Assembly (NCBI GenBank): GCA_965279515.1 | Contig: CBDIID010000003.1 | Coordinates: 736,001-800,000, forward strand | Reading direction: 5' to 3' | DNA length: 64,000 nucleotides | Origin: Turneriella sp. | Lineage (GTDB): Bacteria > Spirochaetota > Leptospiria > Turneriellales > Turneriellaceae | In this document: one piece after another, positions 47,228 through 57,197 of the stretch | How positions within the stretch are numbered: position 1 is the stretch's first letter | Layout: every line of letters starts with the position of its first letter | Position numbers and translations under genes: made by a program | Notes under the pieces: generated by a model | Told to the model about the DNA's origin: nothing | The model's input: only the letters and a program-made list of their open reading frames with translations | The model's database searches: none

Positions 47228-48339
47228 ACATGACTGCAGGGGCTCTCTTAAAAAAAGCGCGCGAAGAACGCCGCATCAGCTTACGCCAGGCGGCCGACGA
47301 CACTAAAATTACGTCGCGCCACTTGCAGGCGATTGAAGACGACAACTATATGGTCTTTCCCGGCGAGACGTATGCGCTGGGCTTTCTCGCCAGTTACGCC
47401 GTCTATCTTGATGTTGATCCTGATGAGGTCAAACGCCTCTACAAGGGCTCGCAGCTGACCGAAACCGAGACGCCGCTGCATGAGCTCATGCAGCCGACGA
47501 TACAGATGAGCGACTATCTCGAACGGTTTGCAAAACCGCTGATCGTCGTGCCTATCATCGTCGTCGTCGTCGCAGGCATCATCTTCCTCGTGACGCATCT
47601 TTTGGGCGATAAAACCACCGTCAAATCGGGCGGCGATAACTCGTCGAGCGCGGTGACAAATTTCACCAAGAACTCGAATACCATCCCCGAAGTCGAATCC
47701 GATCACGTCAAACTCTCCCCCGGCCGCCCCAGCCCGCAAATCATCAAGAAGGGCCGCGCGATCAACTTCTCTGTCCAGAATACAGAGGTCTATATTGTGC
47801 TGCGCGACATCATATCCGATGACAAGACCGGTGCATACAAGGCCGATCTCGAACTTTTCCCGGGTAAGAAAAAATATACACTGAAAGAAGAAGAGCCGAT
47901 CGATATCGAAGACCCGGCGATTCCCCGCAAGTTCAAAATCACGCTGTCGGGTATCACGGCAACCAACGCGAAACTCGTGATCGATCTCGGTGAAGAGGTG
48001 GCTCCCACTGACGGCGGCGCGGCCAATGAAGTGCGCGTGTCGAACCCGGACAACTTTCTGATTCGTCTCGAAGGTACACTTACCGGTGATACCTATATCG
48101 AATATTTTGTCGACGGCAAGCCAGGCAAGCGCGGCCTTTTCAAAAAAGACACGCCACTGTTGCTCGAAGCCAATGACAGCATACAGATCAAGATCGGCGA
48201 TGCAGGCGACGTGAAGCTCACGATCAACGGCAAACCCGAGGTTCTGGGCGCCAAGGGCCATGTCGCAAATAAGATCATCCGCAAGATGCGCGACCCGGTA
48301 GAACAATCGAAATTTAAAGTCGTCATAAAGGACGCTTGA
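47224..48339 (+). CDS. rodZ: RodZ-like HTH membrane protein
   Basis: N-terminal HTH (GALLKKAREE, FPGETYALGFL), TM, C-terminal DUF4115-like IGDAGDVKLTINGK. Confidence 0.82.
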   Translation: MNMTAGALLKKAREERRISLRQAADDTKITSRHLQAIEDDNYMVFPGETYALGFLASYAVYLDVDPDEVKRLYKGSQLTETETPLHELMQPTIQMSDYLERFAKPLIVVPIIVVVVAGIIFLVTHLLGDKTTVKSGGDNSSSAVTNFTKNSNTIPEVESDHVKLSPGRPSPQIIKKGRAINFSVQNTEVYIVLRDIISDDKTGAYKADLELFPGKKKYTLKEEEPIDIEDPAIPRKFKITLSGITATNAKLVIDLGEEVAPTDGGAANEVRVSNPDNFLIRLEGTLTGDTYIEYFVDGKPGKRGLFKKDTPLLLEANDSIQIKIGDAGDVKLTINGKPEVLGAKGHVANKIIRKMRDPVEQSKFKVVIKDA

Positions 48340-48349
48340 TTCCCAAGTG

Positions 48350-48428
48350 AACCGCAAAGTGCGCAGAGTTACGCAAAGGAAGAGGTCAGGCAAATCTTAC
48401 TTTGCGACACTCCGCGTCCTCTGCGTTT
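48350..48428. repeat. CGCARAG triplet repeat, inverted pair (copies B and C)
   Basis: AACCGCAAAG-TG-CGCAGAG-TTA-CGCAAAG (48350-48378) and inverted AAACGCAGAG-GA-CGCGGAG-TGT-CGCAAAG (48400-48428). Confidence 0.75.
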
Positions 48429-48433
48429 GATCC

Positions 48434-49789
48434 ATGTCATTTCCTCTGAAAAAAAAATCATCAACCGATATGACTTTTCATATCGAAACACTCGGCTGTC
48501 CCAAAAACCGCGTCGACTCGCGGCGCATGCGCACTTCGCTGCTGAATCTAGGCTACAGTGAAGCCAAAAAACCCGAAGCGGCGGATATTTTTCTCATCAA
48601 CAGCTGCTCGTTCATCCGCGAAGCGCAGGAAGAGACGATCCAAACCGTCTTCGACACCCTCAAAATCAAAGACAAAAAAGCCCCGCACATGAAAGTCGGC
48701 CTTGTCGGCTGTTTTGTAGAGCGCTTCTCCGATGCGGTAAAGAATGATATCCCGGAACTCGACTTCACCATCGGCACGCAGCGCTACCACGAAGTCGGCG
48801 CCCTCATCAGCGAAAAATTCGGCGTCGAGACAGCCGGGCATGTCGCCAACCTTGCAATGCAAAGCGGCAATCCCGATTCTGCGAAACCTTTTGCCTGGCT
48901 GCGTATCGCGCAGGGCTGCAACCGCAGCTGTGCGTTCTGCATTATCCCGACGATCCGCGGCGAGCTGAAAACCTATGCCCTGGACAATATCGACAAGCAG
49001 CTCAGCGACGAGTTTGCGCTGCGCGGCGCTGATGGCGTACCCATGCGCGAAGTTGTGCTCGTGAGTCAGGATACCATCAGCCAGGGCGTCGATGAACTCG
49101 AACGCATCATCGCACATCTTTCCAGCAAAGAAGAAATTGACTGGATCAGGTTGCAGTACCTCTTCCCCGACCGCCGCGTGCTCGACCTGCTGGGCCTTTG
49201 GGAGAAATACCCCAAACTCACGCCCTACCTCGACATTCCCTTCCAGCATGTGTCGCCGAAAATCCTGAAGGCGATGAAAAGGCCTTCCGATACCGGGCTG
49301 TTCCGCGAGATCATCGAGCGCGCGCATGCCATCACTCCCGACTTCGAAATCCGTACATCTTTTATAGTGGGATTTCCCGGCGAGGATGAAGCCGATTTTG
49401 CCGAACTCGAAAATTTTACCGAAAACAACCGCATCGACAAACTCGCGCTGTTCCGTTATTCGCATGAGACCGGTACGTCGGCGGGTGACAAACTCGACGA
49501 AACCGTCAGCGATGAAGAGAAATACCGCCGCATCAACCACCTGCGCGACCTGCATCTCGAAACCCGGAAAAAATATGCACTGGGCCTCATCGGCCGCCGC
49601 GAGAAAATGCTCGTGGACGATATTACTGGCGGCGAGATTATTTTACGCCGCGCCCACGACGCACCGGAAAGCGATGAGATTGTTACCGTACCGCTGGGAA
49701 AAAACAAGATTGTGATCGGGGCAATGCCGCTGGTAGAACTCAAAGCCTACACGGAATATTCCTTTCTCGGCGAAATCGTGAATCCGTGA
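48434..49789 (+). CDS. rimO: Ribosomal protein S12 methylthiotransferase RimO (MiaB/RimO family)
   Basis: LGCPKN, INSCSFI, CNRSCAFC, YLDIPFQH, IVGFPGE. Confidence 0.85.
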   Translation: MSFPLKKKSSTDMTFHIETLGCPKNRVDSRRMRTSLLNLGYSEAKKPEAADIFLINSCSFIREAQEETIQTVFDTLKIKDKKAPHMKVGLVGCFVERFSDAVKNDIPELDFTIGTQRYHEVGALISEKFGVETAGHVANLAMQSGNPDSAKPFAWLRIAQGCNRSCAFCIIPTIRGELKTYALDNIDKQLSDEFALRGADGVPMREVVLVSQDTISQGVDELERIIAHLSSKEEIDWIRLQYLFPDRRVLDLLGLWEKYPKLTPYLDIPFQHVSPKILKAMKRPSDTGLFREIIERAHAITPDFEIRTSFIVGFPGEDEADFAELENFTENNRIDKLALFRYSHETGTSAGDKLDETVSDEEKYRRINHLRDLHLETRKKYALGLIGRREKMLVDDITGGEIILRRAHDAPESDEIVTVPLGKNKIVIGAMPLVELKAYTEYSFLGEIVNP

Positions 49790-51762
49790 CGCAGCTGAAG
49801 ATCTTCATCGAGGGTGAATATCCGGTCATCACGGATGCAACCTCAGAAGACAACGCCGACAAATTTATCGGGCACCGTTTCGCTTTAGAAATTCACGGCG
49901 AAAAAAAAACAGCCGTTGTTCTCGGAACATCTACCCAGCCACCGTCATCCAGAATTATTCCCGCAGGCAGCTTTGCCCATGCGTATCCTGTCCTTAACGA
50001 CGAGACAATCCGCCATGCCGAAGCCGTGGCAGAGTATTATCTCGCGCCGCTCGCGGACGTGCTGGCACTGATATTACCCCCCGCGCCCAAACGGAAACCA
50101 TCTAAACTCTTGCTAAACGAAGCTACCGATGCCCCACTTCCGGGCGAGATCAGTGAGAAACAGAAAGAAATCCTTTCCGCAATTGTCGCCGCGCCGGCCG
50201 ACGCCTATGCGGAACACCTGATCTGGGGCGTCACGGGTTCGGGTAAAACCCGCATCTACGAACACCTGATTGCGGCAGCGCTTGCGCGCGATGAACAAAC
50301 GCTTTTGCTCGTGCCTGAAATCGCGCTCTCGGGCCAGGTCATGGACGTGATCACTTCGCGCTTTCCCGGGGCGACCGTGCTTTACCACTCGGGCCTTGCA
50401 GACGGCGAACGCGTTGAAAATTACCGGCGCTTTCTCGCCGGCTCAGCGCAGATCGCCATTGGCACCCGATCGGCGGTTTTTCTGCCCGCTAAAAACCTCA
50501 CGCAGATCATCATCGACGAAGAACACGATGCCTCTTTCAAAGACCAGAGGAAGATCCGCTTCGATACACGCACCGTGGCCCGGCTGCGCCTCACCGGCAG
50601 TACGAAACTCATTCTGGGTTCTGCCACGCCGTCGCTCGAATCGCTCGGCCGGGCGAAAACCGGCGCGGCCAAACTGCACCGGCTGCGCGTGCGCGCCACA
50701 GGGCAACGCATGCCCGATGTCTTCGTGCCCGAATACAAAATCCAGCACGGTATTATATCCCCCTTTCTTGCCGACAAAATGCGCGAACATTTGGCGGCAA
50801 AAAACCAGGTGCTTTTGCTCATGAACCGGCGCGGGCACAGCACACACGTGCATTGCAGTATCTGCGATACATTTGCCGAATGCCCGCGCTGCACCGTCGC
50901 ACTCACCTACCATAAAGATGGTATGCTGCGTTGCCATTATTGCGGTTACCGTGAGAGTTTTTCCCCGCAATGTCCCAAGGACGGCAGCGAGCGCCGGCTG
51001 TCGGGGCGCGGCATACAGCGCGTGGAAGAGATTCTCGAAGCGCAGTTTCCTGAATATGAATACGCCCGCCTCGACCGCGACACGGCGAGCCGCAAGGGTT
51101 TTACGGCGGAAGTTTTGGCCGCGATGCGCTCGGGGAAAATACAGATTCTCATCGGCACGCAGATGATCGCCAAGGGTTTTGATATCGAAGGGGTAACGCT
51201 CGTCGGCGTGCTGGCGATCGACCAGACGCTCAATGCCCCCGACTTCCGCGCCGGCGAAGCGGCGTGGCAGCTGCTCGCGCAGGTGACCGGGCGCTCGGGT
51301 CGCCACAGGCCCGGCGAAGTTGTTATCCAGACGATGGCGCCCCACCATGCGGCAATCCGCGCGGCGGCAGAGCATGATGCCGATAGCTTCTACGCCTCAG
51401 AGGCGGAGTACCGCCGGCTGACGAAATATCCGCCGTTCGGGGCATTGGCGCGCATCGTGCTGATCGGCGAAAACGAAAGTATGGTATTTGCGGCTGCAGA
51501 TAAACTCGCCGTGGAAATACAGCCTGAAAACAACACAGATCTGTTTGTATCTGACGGTGCCGGTATCACCCTATTGGGGCCCGCCGTCCCGTCCTTGGCA
51601 AAAACGGAAAACGAATACCGTGTGCATTTTCTCATCAAAGCCATCACCGAAGAAGGCCTGCGCCGTTACCTGAAGCTCATCCATTCACGGCTGGCAAAAT
51701 TTACAGGCAGTACCAACGGCATCCGTGCCATTTTAGATATCGATCCGCGCGACGTCTCCTGA
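49786..51762 (+). CDS. priA: Replication restart helicase PriA
   Basis: GVTGSGKT, LVPEIAL, DEEHD, NRRG, Cys-rich Zn region, GTQMIAKG, GRSGR, DIDP. Confidence 0.95.
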   Translation: MTQLKIFIEGEYPVITDATSEDNADKFIGHRFALEIHGEKKTAVVLGTSTQPPSSRIIPAGSFAHAYPVLNDETIRHAEAVAEYYLAPLADVLALILPPAPKRKPSKLLLNEATDAPLPGEISEKQKEILSAIVAAPADAYAEHLIWGVTGSGKTRIYEHLIAAALARDEQTLLLVPEIALSGQVMDVITSRFPGATVLYHSGLADGERVENYRRFLAGSAQIAIGTRSAVFLPAKNLTQIIIDEEHDASFKDQRKIRFDTRTVARLRLTGSTKLILGSATPSLESLGRAKTGAAKLHRLRVRATGQRMPDVFVPEYKIQHGIISPFLADKMREHLAAKNQVLLLMNRRGHSTHVHCSICDTFAECPRCTVALTYHKDGMLRCHYCGYRESFSPQCPKDGSERRLSGRGIQRVEEILEAQFPEYEYARLDRDTASRKGFTAEVLAAMRSGKIQILIGTQMIAKGFDIEGVTLVGVLAIDQTLNAPDFRAGEAAWQLLAQVTGRSGRHRPGEVVIQTMAPHHAAIRAAAEHDADSFYASEAEYRRLTKYPPFGALARIVLIGENESMVFAAADKLAVEIQPENNTDLFVSDGAGITLLGPAVPSLAKTENEYRVHFLIKAITEEGLRRYLKLIHSRLAKFTGSTNGIRAILDIDPRDVS

Positions 51763-51805
51763 AATCTCTCCTTGACGGCATACGCGAGTGAACCCGGCGT
51801 ATGCC

Positions 51806-53356
51806 ATGAAATATCTCCGCATTATTTCCGGCGCCATCATCCTTGCCATCGGCAGCTACGCGCTGTATTTTTTTACCGGCAATGGCGAAGCCGTCACAAA
51901 AGTCGAGTTTCCCGAAACTTTTGTCTCAGCCGCGGATTACTGCCGCGACAAAAAGAAAACCGAACTCAAATTTGCTGCGGGGGATGAAACAAAACTGCAG
52001 GAAGCAGTCAATATGCTCGAAGACTGCACAACACTCAGTATCGGCGCCGGGACCTTCCGGTTTACTAACGCCATTACCATTGCCAAAACCAAGGGACTAA
52101 CGCTCGAGGGCGCGGGAAAAACACAGACGATTCTGCAATTCAACCGCACTGGTAATTATAACGGCGTCGATATTGAAAATGCCAGTTCGCTGACGATCCG
52201 TAACCTGACGATCGCCGATTCACCGAAAAACGGCCTCGAGATCCGCCTCTCACAGCAGATTCATATCGATGGCGTGCGTACGACATGGTCGGTGACCGAA
52301 GGCCCCGGCAAAAGTAAAAATGGCGCATACGGTATTTACCCGGTCAATGTGAAGAACATCCTGCTTGAGAATTCAGAGAGTTTTTACGCCTCTGATGCCG
52401 GGCTCTATGTCGGGCAGTGCATCAATGCCGTTGTGCGCAACAATCTTGCCGAGAACAATGTCTTCGGCATTGAAATCGAAAACACCATCAACGCCGACGT
52501 CTATGACAATATCTCGCGCAAAAATACCGGCGGCTTCCTGATCTACGACCTGCACCGCAACTCCATCGTCGGCCGCAACGTGCGTTTTTTCCGCAACCTG
52601 TCAGAGAATAACAACCAGGAGAATTTTGCGCACAGCGGCATCGTCAAAGCCGTGCCTGCCGGCACCGGTATGGCGATCGTCGCGCAGCGCGACGTCGAGG
52701 TTTTCGCCAACCGCTTCCAGAATAACAACACGCTCGATATCGGCATCGTCCACGGCCTCGTCGCCGAAGTGCCTGAAATCTCGAAGTGGCCCAACAAAAA
52801 TTACTCCAACCATGACATCTACATCCACGACAACACTTTCGGCAACGAGAGCGGCGATGCCGTAGATAACGGCAAGGTCGACGGTAAAACCCGGCCGCTG
52901 GGTTTTCTGATCGATATGGTATTTAAAGAGGTAAACCTTTTCCGTAAAGAAAAGAACCTGCTCGCCGTTCCGGTGCAGAATATTCTCTTCGACGGCGTCG
53001 ACGACCACCGCACTATTCTCGCCCTCACCAATACTTTTCTCGGCAACCGCAAGGGGAACCGCATCCGGCTTTGCCTCAAAAACCTCTCGGCGTCCACGTC
53101 GCGGCCATCGCTGGTCGATATGAACCTGCCGGCGCTGCTCGATAACAGCGAAGAGCCGACAAAGGCTTCGATTCGCAAAGCTGTCGAAAAAGACGATTTT
53201 ATCCTGTACTCGGGGCTCGGCGAGCCGCTCTATGGTGGCGATACACCGCAGGGTTTTAATTGCACAGGGAAGAGCGGCACCGGCGTTCCCGTCAAAGGTT
53301 TGGGCGAAGACGGCAAACTCAAGGCGGACAGAATCCTCAGCGAACTGAAACTCTGA
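51806..53356 (+). CDS. Parallel beta-helix repeat protein (family paired with SO2930-type cytochromes)
   Basis: N-terminal TM; KNGAYGIYPV, ASDAGLYVGQ, GIEIEN, NTGGFLIYDL, VPAGTG. Confidence 0.88.
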   Translation: MKYLRIISGAIILAIGSYALYFFTGNGEAVTKVEFPETFVSAADYCRDKKKTELKFAAGDETKLQEAVNMLEDCTTLSIGAGTFRFTNAITIAKTKGLTLEGAGKTQTILQFNRTGNYNGVDIENASSLTIRNLTIADSPKNGLEIRLSQQIHIDGVRTTWSVTEGPGKSKNGAYGIYPVNVKNILLENSESFYASDAGLYVGQCINAVVRNNLAENNVFGIEIENTINADVYDNISRKNTGGFLIYDLHRNSIVGRNVRFFRNLSENNNQENFAHSGIVKAVPAGTGMAIVAQRDVEVFANRFQNNNTLDIGIVHGLVAEVPEISKWPNKNYSNHDIYIHDNTFGNESGDAVDNGKVDGKTRPLGFLIDMVFKEVNLFRKEKNLLAVPVQNILFDGVDDHRTILALTNTFLGNRKGNRIRLCLKNLSASTSRPSLVDMNLPALLDNSEEPTKASIRKAVEKDDFILYSGLGEPLYGGDTPQGFNCTGKSGTGVPVKGLGEDGKLKADRILSELKL

Positions 53357-53361
53357 TTTTC

Positions 53362-54453
53362 ATGCGTGCATATCTGCCATTTCTTGTTTTATTTGCCCTT
53401 ATTCTTCCCGGCTGCAAAAAAGCCGGCAAGGTTCGGCCACGCACTGACAATGTCGCGATCCACAAAAAATTGTCGGATTTCCACTTGTTCTCAAATATGC
53501 CTGCGCACCAGGGAACTCTTTCCCCTGCCGTGCCGTCGCTGGCATATGATCTTGTCAGCCCGCTATTCTCGGACTATGCCTTGAAATTCCGTACCATCCG
53601 CATTCCTGCAGACGAAGCCGCTGTCTATGACGGGAAAGCAGTCTTTGATTTGCCGGTAGGCACAATTATCACCAAAACCTTTTCATTTCCCGAAGATTTC
53701 CGCAAGCCGGGTGAAAAGATCAAACTGATCGAGACGCGGCTCATGATACGCCAGAGCGACGGCTGGGTTGCCCTGCCCTACATCTGGAACGAGGCCCAGA
53801 CCGAGGCGGTGCTTGCCCCTGCGGGGAAGACAATCCCCGTTGCTTTCACAGATAACGCAGGTAAACCTGTGCGCTTTGCCTATACCGTGCCAGCGAAGAA
53901 CCAATGCGGCTCATGCCACCAGGTCTATGAAAACGGTGAGCAGATCATCAAACCGATCGGCATCAAGGCGCGGCACCTGAACCGCGATATGGCCTACCCT
54001 GACGGTGCAAAAAATCAACTAACGTATTGGGTAAGCCTCAAAATGCTTGATGAGGCCGGGGATGCTAAAAATAAATCCGCCGATTACCATGACGCATCAT
54101 TACCGGTTGAGCGCCGTGCGCGTGCCTACCTCGATATCAACTGCGCACACTGCCATGCATCCGGCGGTTCGGCGGGCATCGATTCGAAACTCGAACTCGA
54201 TGTCTACACGACTGACAAAGATAAGTTAGGCTTCTGTAAAATTCCGGGTTCAGCAGGCAAAGGCGGCGGCGGGCTCAAATTCGATATTGTGCCGGGCTCG
54301 CCTGAGAAATCCATTCTCTATTTCCGTACCGCCACCGACGAAAGCGGCGCGATGATGCCGCAGATCGGCCGCGCACTCGTTCACAAGGAAGGTGCGCAGA
54401 TACTTTATAACTGGATTAAAGAGATGCCGGCAGAGAATTGTTCAGGCAGTTAA
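53362..54453 (+). CDS. SO2930-family diheme c-type cytochrome lipoprotein
   Basis: Lipobox LPGC, PLFSDYALKFR, PVGTIITKTF, IETRL, CGSCH and CAHCH, MMPQIGR. Confidence 0.88.
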   Translation: MRAYLPFLVLFALILPGCKKAGKVRPRTDNVAIHKKLSDFHLFSNMPAHQGTLSPAVPSLAYDLVSPLFSDYALKFRTIRIPADEAAVYDGKAVFDLPVGTIITKTFSFPEDFRKPGEKIKLIETRLMIRQSDGWVALPYIWNEAQTEAVLAPAGKTIPVAFTDNAGKPVRFAYTVPAKNQCGSCHQVYENGEQIIKPIGIKARHLNRDMAYPDGAKNQLTYWVSLKMLDEAGDAKNKSADYHDASLPVERRARAYLDINCAHCHASGGSAGIDSKLELDVYTTDKDKLGFCKIPGSAGKGGGGLKFDIVPGSPEKSILYFRTATDESGAMMPQIGRALVHKEGAQILYNWIKEMPAENCSGS

Positions 54454-54474
54454 TCGAGAATCGTCGGAATATCC

Positions 54475-54510
54475 AAAAAAACACGGCGCTAAAGTGCGAA
54501 CGCCGTGTTT
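54475..54510 (-). terminator. Rho-independent terminator of the rpsF-rplI operon
   Basis: Minus strand AAACACGGCG...CGCCGTG followed by a T run, downstream of the rplI stop. Confidence 0.75.
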
Positions 54511-54531
54511 GCCGTGTCGCCGTGGTTAATC

Positions 54532-54975
54532 TTATTCAGCAACAACGTGCAGCACGATCTGTGCTGAAACGCCGTCGTGGAGTTTTACCTGGAGTTTATA
54601 ATTACCGAGAGCTTTGATGTTTTCATCGAGCATGATAGAGCGGCGCTCGACATGGAAGCCCATCGCTTCGAGTTCTTTGGCGATCTGGATGTTGGTGATG
54701 CTGCCGAAGAGTTTGTTGTCTTCACCGACTTTTGCCTTGAGCGTAACTTCTTTGCCATTGAGCTGGCCTGCCTGCTCTTCTGCTGACTTTTTGCGCTTGG
54801 CAACTTTGCGCGCCTGAACCTGTTCGAGGAAGGCTTTTTCTTTCACCGAGCGTACGTTTGCGCTCATCACCAGGCCCCGTGGAAAGAGATAGTTACGGGC
54901 ATAACCGTCGCGGACTTCTTTAATGTCGCCGGCACGGCCGAGAGTCGAAATATCTTGCTTGAGAATAACGCGCAT
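54532..54975 (-). CDS. rplI: 50S ribosomal protein L9
   Basis: MRVILKQD..LG..GD..EV.DGYARNYL.P; KLFGSIT. Confidence 0.98.
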   Translation of the reverse strand: MRVILKQDISTLGRAGDIKEVRDGYARNYLFPRGLVMSANVRSVKEKAFLEQVQARKVAKRKKSAEEQAGQLNGKEVTLKAKVGEDNKLFGSITNIQIAKELEAMGFHVERRSIMLDENIKALGNYKLQVKLHDGVSAQIVLHVVAE

Positions 54976-56015
54976 CAGCCCTCATTGATGTCTGTGACAG
55001 GCCGTAAAGACCTTTTCCTTAAGGAAAGCCAGACTTCCATAAGACCCAGGATCGTAAAAAGGATCGCGATCAGGGTAATGAGCTCGGGTAGCCAGATACC
55101 CAAAAGCAGCACACCGAGGGTTACCCAGTGCGCAGGGAAAAGCCGCACTTCGAAAAACAGGGAGATAATGCCAATACCCTGGAGCATGTAGAGGAAGAGT
55201 AGTATATAGAGGCCGTTCTTCACAAGGAACATCAAGGGTTTGAGTTGCGGCAGCTTCAGTGCTGCTACGTAAAACCCGGCAAAACCGACAAGCGCCCAAA
55301 CCCAGCCGTCGGGAATCCTAAAGAGGCTCATGTGCCCCTGGACAATATTCTGCTTAAAGCGGATGCGCGCGAAAATGCGCAAAAACACGCCGAGACAGAG
55401 CACGCCGACAAAGCTCGAGATGAAAAAAATCGTCGGGCTCATCTCGATCAGCTGGCCGCGGAAATCCACCGTTTCAAGTCCTGCAGCCTGCATGCGTGCC
55501 GTCACTTGTTTCTGTACGTCGTCCAGAATCTGTTGCAGCGCCTTCGAACCAAAATAATCGTAGGCCGCAACGCTGAACGATAACATTGTTGTGAGAATCG
55601 TGAAAATCATCAGTAGCGCAGAATTATAGCCCGACAAAAAGGCATCCCGCTTTTGCCAGATCTTCTTGAGCTGTAGTGTCAGCGCGAGGTACTTCTGCAG
55701 CCTGCCTTCGGTATCGGGAATTTTTTCGATTTCAGCCTTCAGCTCTTTGCGCGACGGCAAAGGCATGTTGAGCAGTTTGAAAATGGAACTCGTGGGGTTT
55801 AAGGCGACAACCCAGATGCCGGCGACGAAAAAAAACAGCGCCGCACCGCCGGGCATAAACGCTTCGATACGCATCTTTGCCGGCAGAAATAAAAAAAGGC
55901 ACGTCACTGCGAACGTGCCCCATAACCACAACCGGCGGTTAAAACTCGCGCGGTAGAGGTAGACGGGAATCAGAGCAAATGCCAGGCTTAAAGGAAAACC
56001 CAGCAAAAGCTCCAT
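54975..56015 (-). CDS. DUF2232/YybS-like membrane protein
   Basis: Multi-TM; FRIP...WA, LQGI motif; usual position between rpsR and rplI. Confidence 0.78.
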   Translation of the reverse strand: MELLLGFPLSLAFALIPVYLYRASFNRRLWLWGTFAVTCLFLFLPAKMRIEAFMPGGAALFFFVAGIWVVALNPTSSIFKLLNMPLPSRKELKAEIEKIPDTEGRLQKYLALTLQLKKIWQKRDAFLSGYNSALLMIFTILTTMLSFSVAAYDYFGSKALQQILDDVQKQVTARMQAAGLETVDFRGQLIEMSPTIFFISSFVGVLCLGVFLRIFARIRFKQNIVQGHMSLFRIPDGWVWALVGFAGFYVAALKLPQLKPLMFLVKNGLYILLFLYMLQGIGIISLFFEVRLFPAHWVTLGVLLLGIWLPELITLIAILFTILGLMEVWLSLRKRSLRPVTDINEG

Positions 56016-56021
56016 TGCCGT

Positions 56022-56315
56022 TTAGACGCTGAAAGGCATGAAGCCGGCGTTGCGTGCTTTTTTGATCGATTTTGCGACAAGGCGCTGGTGGAGCGCACAT
56101 GTACCGGTCAACCGGCGTGGCAAAATTTTTCCTTTGTTCGAAACCAGTTTCACAAGAATGTCGACGCGCTTATAGTCCATCAGCAGGTCTTTGTTCTCGC
56201 AGAAGCGGCAGGTTTTCTTTTTGAAACGCGGGCCGCCGCGATCACCGCCGCGCCCTTTGCGCTCGCCGTAATCGCCTTCTTCTCTTCTTGGTTCTCTTTC
56301 TTGACGTTCTTCCAT
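56022..56315 (-). CDS. rpsR: 30S ribosomal protein S18
   Basis: KKTCRFC, DYK, GKILPRRLTG, HQR. Confidence 0.98.
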   Translation of the reverse strand: MEERQEREPRREEGDYGERKGRGGDRGGPRFKKKTCRFCENKDLLMDYKRVDILVKLVSNKGKILPRRLTGTCALHQRLVAKSIKKARNAGFMPFSV

Positions 56316-56327
56316 ACTATTTCTCCA

Positions 56328-56768
56328 TTAAAACGGGATATCATCGTCGCTCATCGCGCCGCTGTCAAAGGCCGCTGCGTTACGCGCGCCGCCTTCCGAG
56401 GGGGCGTTTTCCCGTGGGCCGCCCTCGCCTTGTTTGGCATCCAGAAACTGGAAGCCCTCTACATTGATCTCAACCTTGCTGGCTTTTTTACCGTCGGTAC
56501 CTTCCCATGAAGACCAGCGCAGATTACCTTCGACGCAAATGCGGCGGCCCTTCTGCAGGTATTTGTGGATTGTCTCGGCGGATTTACCCCAGGCGACGCA
56601 ATCAAAAAAACCGACTTCGTCGCGGCTTTCGCCCGTCTGCCGGTTATAGATGTTCCGGTTTGACGCCAGCGAAAAGCGGCAGAAGTAGTTTCCTGAGTTG
56701 GTCGATTTAAGTTCCGGATCGCGCGTCAGGCGCCCGATCAGGATAACGCGGTTGATGTCGCTCGCCAT
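56328..56768 (-). CDS. ssb: Single-stranded DNA-binding protein
   Basis: INRVILIGRLTRDPE; C-terminal DDIPF. Confidence 0.98.
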   Translation of the reverse strand: MASDINRVILIGRLTRDPELKSTNSGNYFCRFSLASNRNIYNRQTGESRDEVGFFDCVAWGKSAETIHKYLQKGRRICVEGNLRWSSWEGTDGKKASKVEINVEGFQFLDAKQGEGGPRENAPSEGGARNAAAFDSGAMSDDDIPF

Positions 56769-56783
56769 ATGGGCCGTAGCCTG

Positions 56784-57071
56784 TTAGTCGAGCACCGTAA
56801 TCATCGCTTTCAGCACGCCCGCGTTGACACGCAGGTCGCCGTTGATTTGCGGTATTGCAGCACCTTCGGATTTAAATCCGTAGTAAAAGTAGTGACCGCG
56901 GTCTTGTTTCTTAGCGAGATGATAGAGACGGCGAGCGCCCCAATCTTCTTTTTGCGCCACTTCGGCGCCACGCTTTGTCAGCGAAGCTTCGACTTCGTCT
57001 TTCGCGCGTGTTTTTTCGTCTGCATTCTTGTCGGAGAGGACAAGAACCAGTTCGTAGTTCTTCTTTGCCAT
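56784..57071 (-). CDS. rpsF: 30S ribosomal protein S6
   Basis: NYELVLVL, EDWGARRLY; rpsF-ssb-rpsR order. Confidence 0.96.
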   Translation of the reverse strand: MAKKNYELVLVLSDKNADEKTRAKDEVEASLTKRGAEVAQKEDWGARRLYHLAKKQDRGHYFYYGFKSEGAAIPQINGDLRVNAGVLKAMITVLD

Positions 57072-57150
57072 GTTTCCCCCTATGGTTGTAAAGGATAGGT
57101 ATCAGATACTTTGCTATGCAAAGCAATCGTCCCATCCAGAAGGCCATCCA
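57072..57150 (-). ncRNA. Possible S6:S18-type ribosomal protein leader RNA
   Basis: Sense strand CCT..TGG/GGATGGG pairs with CCTATCC/CCA..AGG and covers the SD (AGGGGG); apical hairpin TGCTTTGC-ATA-GCAAAGTA. Family assignment rests on position. Confidence 0.45.
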
Positions 57151-57197
57151 ACTTAGGCTTTTCAGACAGGGTGGAAAGCAAAAACAAACCTTACCCC

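Noticed and set aside
47281..48393. Long antisense ORFs (370 aa here; also 48548-49555, 50443-51375, 20618-21472, 23596-24447, 45216-46055)
   Set aside because: They are shadows of well-supported genes on the opposite strand, expected with GC-biased codon usage, and carry no motifs.
50860..50990. PriA final zinc motif reads CPKD instead of CxxC
   Set aside because: It is a single substitution to a residue that can still bind metal, and all helicase motifs are intact; not evidence of a pseudogene.
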